In this document: positions 58,263 to 64,000 of the stretch, in pieces | How the letters are laid out: every line of letters starts with the position of its first letter | Position numbering within the stretch: position 1 is the first letter of the stretch | Source of the DNA: Thermoplasmata archaeon | Lineage (GTDB): Archaea; Thermoplasmatota; Thermoplasmata; RBG-16-68-12; JAFNFQ01 | NCBI GenBank assembly: GCA_041489255.1 | Contig: JBGPQV010000003.1 | Coordinates: 105,836-169,835, forward strand | Direction of reading: 5' to 3' | DNA length: 64,000 nucleotides | Program-made: the position numbers and the translations under genes | Notes under the pieces: model-generated | Seen by the model: only the letters and a program-made list of their open reading frames with translations | Told to the model about the DNA's origin: nothing | Databases searched by the model: none

Positions 58263-61200
58263 CTACTCCTTAGGCTGATTCTCAATTGGTACCGTTTTCG
58301 GCGTCTTCTTAGAGCCGCTATCCGAAGAGGCGGTACTCCTCGGCTGAGCCTTTGGCTTCCCCGGCGTTTCTTCTGCAATTTTCTTCACATTTCCTTCTTT
58401 TTTCATATCTCCAGACCTCAGTGCAGCCAGCTCGCCCTCAGCCGGTACCTTGTAACCGAACCTCTGCATGACCAGGTCAAAAGCAACTCCCGCGAGGAGA
58501 AGCATGCTGTTCACAATCACGCCCGTGGAGAACCAATTCCCATGCTCGGGGACTCTGAGAATTCCAGTGATAAGGGATGAAACGCCTATCATGCCCTCGA
58601 CAGCCGCGAACGGGAGTACGAGCATCGTCATCGTCCATCGCCTGTCGTGTGTGAACTTGCCTTTCAATTCAGCTGGAGTGAGCGTATTCAGTTTCTGAGC
58701 GATAGGCATCTTCCTGAGTTCATTCTCCCGCTTCGCCGTTTCCTCCGGCTTCATGGCGCCCTTGGCGGGAGGGATGTACCTGTCCCAAGGTTTCCTCCTC
58801 CCGAATACAATGCCGAGCACGATGAGGATGATGACGAAGAAGACAGAGATCAGCGGCTTGAAGTTGGCCTCGTTGTTGGCGGGCGGTATTGTCGGCTGCG
58901 TTCCATTATAGATTATGACTGCGGTAAACGCGGAGTCAACATTCAGATTCGTCTCATTGACAGCATAAAGAGGCGGACTTCCACTGGTGCTACTTGAGAA
59001 ATTCGCAAAGGACCATTCGTCTGCCCAGTCGCCCCAGCTGCCGCTCAAGCCGAGCAAGTGAACCTGTACCTGGTCGCCCGAACTGTCGTTGTACCAGAGA
59101 CCGACTGTGTGCTCTGAATCGGTGCCCAGCAGATAGACCGTCGGCTTGAACTGATGAATGAATGGGATTGCGATTATGTTGACGCCCGTTACCGTGAACC
59201 CTAAGGTCGTCAAGTCTTTCGAGATCATGTTGATGAATCTCTCATGAGGCATGGCCGTGGGCATGATTATCGACAGTGCGGTATTGTTGTCGACCCAGTC
59301 TGACCAAGAGTCATTTGTATTGGCGGACCCTAATGATCCGAACTCGACGAAATGGATTTGGACTGTAAATGCTGAGGGCAGCCCTTGATGCAGACCCCCC
59401 GGAACGATCTCTTGGAGAACTACAAGAGGAGTCACCTGATGATAGTAGGTGATGCTCCGGCTGAAGGCTGAGGTCACCTGCACCCATGGAGGCACATTGA
59501 AACTTTCCTGAGTCATCCAACGCTCTGTCAGGCTGCTTCCCGCCCCCAGCGTGTCAAACGACAAAGCAGTATTCGCGTCTGCCCAGTCAAACCATATACT
59601 GATTTGACTTGGCTGCGTGACGGGCTCCCCCATGCTAGTGAATCGTGCAGCAACACCATGGGCGCTACTGAGCCCAATCAAATCGATGACCGGTCTGAAC
59701 TGATGGCGGTACGTGACGCTACGGCTGAACGCGGAGGTCACCTGAATCCACGGAGCTATGCTGAAATCCTCCTGGGTTATCCAACGTTCCGTGAGATTGC
59801 TGCCCGCCGCAAGCGTATCGAATGACAGGGCAATGTCGGCATCCAGCCAATCAGACCAAGACATGAATACGCCAATCTGAATCACAGGCACTCCTCTTGA
59901 CGCAAAGGATGCGTTGACGCCATGGACACTATCGGTGTCGATGAGGTCGACGACCGGCTTGAACTGCCGGGAGTATGTCGCCGTGAACGTCATGTCGCTG
60001 TTCCCGACTGTGATGTCATGAGTTAATGTGCCACCATCATCCCATGAAACGAACAGCCATCTCTCACCGGGCGAGATCATGTCAGGGTCCGGAGCGCTGA
60101 TCGTATGCACCCCGCCAGGAAGCCACTGGAATGTCACAGGCGCCGGATAGCTGAATCCATCGACGATGACATTGCCGAGGACCGGCGACCGCGTTATGGT
60201 CACGTTTACGGCAACAGATGGCGCGAGGACGTTGATTAGCGTATGGGGGAAGGGGAAGTTGATTCTTGTTTCGTCATAGCGTATGTAGGACACGATGCTG
60301 TCAGGAGCCAATAAAGCCTCCACACCGCTGCCGCTGAGGCTTGATGTCACGTTCAATGTGGCGGTCCATGTCTCGTTTATGCTGAGCTTTGACACATTCC
60401 ACTGGACGTTGGTATTCCCGGCAAAGGAGCCCACGTAGCTTGGCGGGGGATTGGCCGTCCCTGGCACATAATGGACATAGCTCGGCAGGAACAGGTTGAT
60501 CATCGGGATGTCGTCGGTGACATTGTCGTCGTAGCCTGCAAGATTCCTCACGCTATCGCCGATGGCCTGGTATATCGAATCCAGATCGTTGGCGGTCTGG
60601 GCCCTCAGATATAGGCCGCCACTGACCTTCGCAATCTCACGCAGCAACACCTCATCGACGCTGCCACTTTCGTTGAGGCCAATTGTGAAGATGACGATTC
60701 CTTCATTCGCGGCCCTTTGAGCCTCACTGACTATCTGCACGTCCGAATGACCCGTCGTGTCCTGGCCGTCGGTCAAGAGAATCTCGACCCATGTGTGCGA
60801 CTGGTTGCCGTAGGCAAGGATTTCGTCCGTTGCCAGGCGGATAGGATCATAGAGGTTCGTGTTCGTTTGGTCAGTCTGGCAGTAATCGACGTTCGATTTG
60901 ATCCGTGTGTAGTTGGAACTCAGATGATCTCCATTGGGTGCCGTCACGTCTTCATCATAACAGAGGACAGCCGCTCTGTCGGGGATCGACAGGAGGTCGA
61001 CGTAATGGCTCGCTGCGTCCAGTCTCAGGTCGAATGGGTCGCTGGTGAGCATACTACCTGAGGTGTCAATCATGAAGACGGTGTCTTGTGGTCTCTGTCT
61101 GGAGAGGGTCATTCCCCGCCCGGTCACCGTCAAAGTTATGGTGGTTTCCTTCGGCATGTATGTCGGCGGCGATGTCTCAATCCAGACGGTGGACGGATCT

Positions 61201-63734
61201 GAAGAGGCATCAGGAGACACATATGGGTAGATTTCGGTAGTCAGGAGGACAGTTCCACCCGAGAGTGGGTCGCCCGCAATCGTTGCCACGACCGTGCCGA
61301 CCTCCCATTCATGAACCTGTGGAGTCGGCGGGACTTCAACGGATACCTGTATGTTCACTTGCCCGTCAGGCGGTAGTAGTCCGGTGTCCGGGATGCTGTC
61401 AGCGTCACCCGGCGAATCTGGAAGAGGCGTGACGCCGTCTGCATTGAAAAGGGACATCGCCCAACCCTGGGATCCAAGAGTCGTCTGGATGTTTGCATAC
61501 GAATTCGTGAGCTCCTTGTTGGTCACGGTCAGGACGTAGAACACTCGAGTCCCAAAGTCGCCCCACTTCGTCTGTCCCGGTCCGATTAGGACGAGCGGCA
61601 TCGAAGGGGCCTGATCAAACCGCCAACCCGCGGCAATAGACGATGTATCATCATACCCCTCGGCCGTCCCGAAACCATCTGGAACGCGCGTCATGCTCAG
61701 ATCCTGTGTGTGCGGGGTGCTCCAGCCGACCATATCATAGAAAACGCCGTTCGTGTCATAGAGGTAGAGATTGTCGCCTGTTGCGGTAAGCGCGCTGAAG
61801 AGCGCCGCTGCCTGGGAAGGCCGTATCAAATAGAACGGGTTCGCATCTGATAGGGTCGTGGCCGGGAGCGCATAGGCTGAGTCACCTACGACCGTATACC
61901 CCGACGTGTCGAATGTCCCCAGGCCCTTGAAGTAGAGCTCGATGAACCTGTTGTTCGGGTTGGCGGCGTTGAACAGCACTTCGTTGAATATGAAGCTGGG
62001 ATTCGTCGCGGGACTCATGCCACCGTTGGGAGCACCGAAGGTCGGCGTTGCATCGCGCACCCAGCTTGCAGAGTAGCCATTGCCTGATTGAACTCGTGCA
62101 GTCGATTCCGAAGCGATTGGGTCCGGTACCGGTCCAAGTTGACCGTAATAAGCGGAATCCTTGACCACACTCAACTGGTTCAACAATCGCACATAGCCGC
62201 CTTCATCGCCGAGAGTGATGTCAACAGAGAGACTGGAGGAGGCAGGATCTCCGACCGTGAAGTAAGCTCCTGGCGCCACAGTGCCGAGCGGAGTCAAATC
62301 GAATCTAACGCCATCAACGATTAGACCCCATCCGGCCATGTTGATGTTCCTGCTTCCGTGATTGAACAACTCGACTTGTTCGAAACCATTTGGGCTGTCA
62401 CGGATTTCGGTGATCAGCATTTCGCTCACATCAAAGCTGGCGAAATAAGCGTGGCGTGCTACTCCATTTCTCATGTCGCTCCAAATCACATAGATCCCAA
62501 ATAGTCCGGAGGCGGTGGAAGGTGAAGTCTGATCCGTGGCGTCCGGGACAACGTCGTCGGTGTCGTCCACCCTGACGTCGTTGTTGTTCAGCAGCCCATC
62601 CCCCCATTTGTTGCCGTTGTTCTCAGACCAAGAGCAGAAGACATCGTAGTCCCCATTCCTGTTGTCGGACCAGACGACATACAGCACGCCGGATGACTGA
62701 GTAATCGTCAGGCCATTCGGCGAATACGGGATGCCCAGGAAAACATCATTGACCTGCTTGGTGGCAATCCATGATGTCCCGAAATCCACCGACTGAGAAT
62801 ACATGACGAGGTTCGCATTGCCTGCATCCAGCATGATCCAGACAGCGTGGATTCTTCCAGAGGACTCGATCAAGATCGACGGGTAGCTGACGCCACCTGA
62901 TCCCGAAGGGACAGAGACAATGAGGCTGACCTGCCATATGTTGCCGTTGTCCGCGGATATCGCTGACCAGAGACTGGTTGCCGAAGCATTGGATTCCTCC
63001 CATGCCACCACGACAAATGATCCAGAGGCGGATATGCTGGCATGCGCCTTGTTGTTAGTGTCGCTGGCGACCCTCTTCTCCATGAGCCAAGCTGCACCGC
63101 CATCTGAGGACTCCGTGACGAAAATATCGAGGTTTCCATTCCTGTTATCTTGGAAAGCCACATAGACCCATCCATCCGTACCGACCGTGACATGTGGAGC
63201 CGTTGCCATGGAGTTGGGCAGGGCGTTGTCCAGCTTGTGCCTATCGAGCACGTTCCATGTCGTCCCGCCATCGGTTGACCTGATGACGTAAACCTCGAAA
63301 TTGCCAGAAACCATTGATTGCCATGCAATATAGACGTATCCCGAGTAGGGACCCGTGGACGTATCGACAGCTATTGATGGAGCCATGTTCGCCATGCCGG
63401 GAAGGAAATCAATCGTCGTCTCCCCCGACCAAATCGCACCGCCATCTACGGAGTCAGCATAGTAGATCCTCAACCCGCCCGTGCGGTTGTCCATCCAGGC
63501 TGCATGCAACTTGCCTGCCCTGTCAGAGGCAATGACCGGTCCCCCCGGAGAACCGGTCCCGACCCAGCCGGGTCCTGCATCCACGAGCATGTTGGGTCGA
63601 GCGAAGACTGGTGCTAGCGCGACCACATTTTCCGAAAAACGGGGACAGAGGGTCACAGCGGAACCCGAAAGAGAGGCCGCCAGCATCAGCACAAGGAAAC
63701 AGTGAAATCTGCTATCGCGTCCAATTGCACTCAT
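58263..63734 (-). CDS. Giant surface protein: BNR/Asp-box propeller, two lamin-tail domains, vWA domain, beta repeats, C-terminal TMs
   Basis: S.DGG..W Asp-boxes; ITEI...EQVELFN and FNEVLF...FIELY; DTSGSM MIDAS, LLTDG, IFTIG; ATG 63734 after GGAGGAG. Confidence 0.88.
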   Translation of the reverse strand: MSAIGRDSRFHCFLVLMLAASLSGSAVTLCPRFSENVVALAPVFARPNMLVDAGPGWVGTGSPGGPVIASDRAGKLHAAWMDNRTGGLRIYYADSVDGGAIWSGETTIDFLPGMANMAPSIAVDTSTGPYSGYVYIAWQSMVSGNFEVYVIRSTDGGTTWNVLDRHKLDNALPNSMATAPHVTVGTDGWVYVAFQDNRNGNLDIFVTESSDGGAAWLMEKRVASDTNNKAHASISASGSFVVVAWEESNASATSLWSAISADNGNIWQVSLIVSVPSGSGGVSYPSILIESSGRIHAVWIMLDAGNANLVMYSQSVDFGTSWIATKQVNDVFLGIPYSPNGLTITQSSGVLYVVWSDNRNGDYDVFCSWSENNGNKWGDGLLNNNDVRVDDTDDVVPDATDQTSPSTASGLFGIYVIWSDMRNGVARHAYFASFDVSEMLITEIRDSPNGFEQVELFNHGSRNINMAGWGLIVDGVRFDLTPLGTVAPGAYFTVGDPASSSLSVDITLGDEGGYVRLLNQLSVVKDSAYYGQLGPVPDPIASESTARVQSGNGYSASWVRDATPTFGAPNGGMSPATNPSFIFNEVLFNAANPNNRFIELYFKGLGTFDTSGYTVVGDSAYALPATTLSDANPFYLIRPSQAAALFSALTATGDNLYLYDTNGVFYDMVGWSTPHTQDLSMTRVPDGFGTAEGYDDTSSIAAGWRFDQAPSMPLVLIGPGQTKWGDFGTRVFYVLTVTNKELTNSYANIQTTLGSQGWAMSLFNADGVTPLPDSPGDADSIPDTGLLPPDGQVNIQVSVEVPPTPQVHEWEVGTVVATIAGDPLSGGTVLLTTEIYPYVSPDASSDPSTVWIETSPPTYMPKETTITLTVTGRGMTLSRQRPQDTVFMIDTSGSMLTSDPFDLRLDAASHYVDLLSIPDRAAVLCYDEDVTAPNGDHLSSNYTRIKSNVDYCQTDQTNTNLYDPIRLATDEILAYGNQSHTWVEILLTDGQDTTGHSDVQIVSEAQRAANEGIVIFTIGLNESGSVDEVLLREIAKVSGGLYLRAQTANDLDSIYQAIGDSVRNLAGYDDNVTDDIPMINLFLPSYVHYVPGTANPPPSYVGSFAGNTNVQWNVSKLSINETWTATLNVTSSLSGSGVEALLAPDSIVSYIRYDETRINFPFPHTLINVLAPSVAVNVTITRSPVLGNVIVDGFSYPAPVTFQWLPGGVHTISAPDPDMISPGERWLFVSWDDGGTLTHDITVGNSDMTFTATYSRQFKPVVDLIDTDSVHGVNASFASRGVPVIQIGVFMSWSDWLDADIALSFDTLAAGSNLTERWITQEDFSIAPWIQVTSAFSRSVTYRHQFRPVIDLIGLSSAHGVAARFTSMGEPVTQPSQISIWFDWADANTALSFDTLGAGSSLTERWMTQESFNVPPWVQVTSAFSRSITYYHQVTPLVVLQEIVPGGLHQGLPSAFTVQIHFVEFGSLGSANTNDSWSDWVDNNTALSIIMPTAMPHERFINMISKDLTTLGFTVTGVNIIAIPFIHQFKPTVYLLGTDSEHTVGLWYNDSSGDQVQVHLLGLSGSWGDWADEWSFANFSSSTSGSPPLYAVNETNLNVDSAFTAVIIYNGTQPTIPPANNEANFKPLISVFFVIILIVLGIVFGRRKPWDRYIPPAKGAMKPEETAKRENELRKMPIAQKLNTLTPAELKGKFTHDRRWTMTMLVLPFAAVEGMIGVSSLITGILRVPEHGNWFSTGVIVNSMLLLAGVAFDLVMQRFGYKVPAEGELAALRSGDMKKEGNVKKIAEETPGKPKAQPRSTASSDSGSKKTPKTVPIENQPKE

Positions 63735-63914
63735 GACAATTCTCCTCCAAGGATTGTATTGACGCGGGTGAAAATACTTGCTTGTGACCATGCCCCATGA
63801 ACCAACCAAATATGTCATCCGCGATGGCGTGGTCGTCTATTTAGATAATGGGGACGCGGCAGGCTTGCACAAAAATCTGGCTCGTTCCCCGCCTAGACCA
63901 TCCACCCGCCCGTC

Positions 63915-64000
63915 CTAGGCAGTGACCTCCACCGGAATCCACTCCACCTCGAACACCTCTTCCACGTCCAGATCCATCTCGAACACGGCCCCTATGAGGA
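63915..64000 (-). CDS. C-terminal end of an unidentified protein (partial)
   Basis: ...LIGAVFEMDLDVEEVFEVEWIPVEVTA-stop with host-like codons. Confidence 0.45.
   Translation of the reverse strand, partial: LIGAVFEMDLDVEEVFEVEWIPVEVTA

Overview
Archaeal DNA, GC-rich. The 16S rRNA gene (30264-31730), which has no linked 23S, and the gene content point to a Thermoplasmata-type lineage. The housekeeping backbone includes the rpl1-rpl10-rpl12 operon, tRNA-Glu(CTC), corA, an SHMT-GcvT fusion, HdrA-like/MvhD + HdrD, etfBA, lipB and lpdA. Accessory blocks are interleaved with it. Main candidates for undescribed systems: (1) an 8-gene operon at 17448-26054 joining three membrane-anchored beta-propeller proteins, two membrane redox proteins, a double-cubane-cluster (DCCP)-type reductase and a motif-complete NifB, with no nitrogenase genes in the window; (2) five or more copies of a ~40-55 bp hairpin repeat at 47991-58192, mostly just 3' of unrelated minus-strand accessory genes, as in a cassette array; (3) a three-gene operon next to the tRNA encoding a transmembrane receptor-GNAT, a SelO-like pseudokinase and a helical protein (7118-11434); (4) a wHTH gene / 11-bp array / helical gene / 21-bp palindromic array module (2778-4426). 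Also seen: an L1-binding leader with an apparent ACG start for rpl1, several toxin-antitoxin loci that kept the antitoxin and lost the toxin, a MITE-like element and an IS481 remnant. Family assignments are from motif recognition by eye; no database searches were run.
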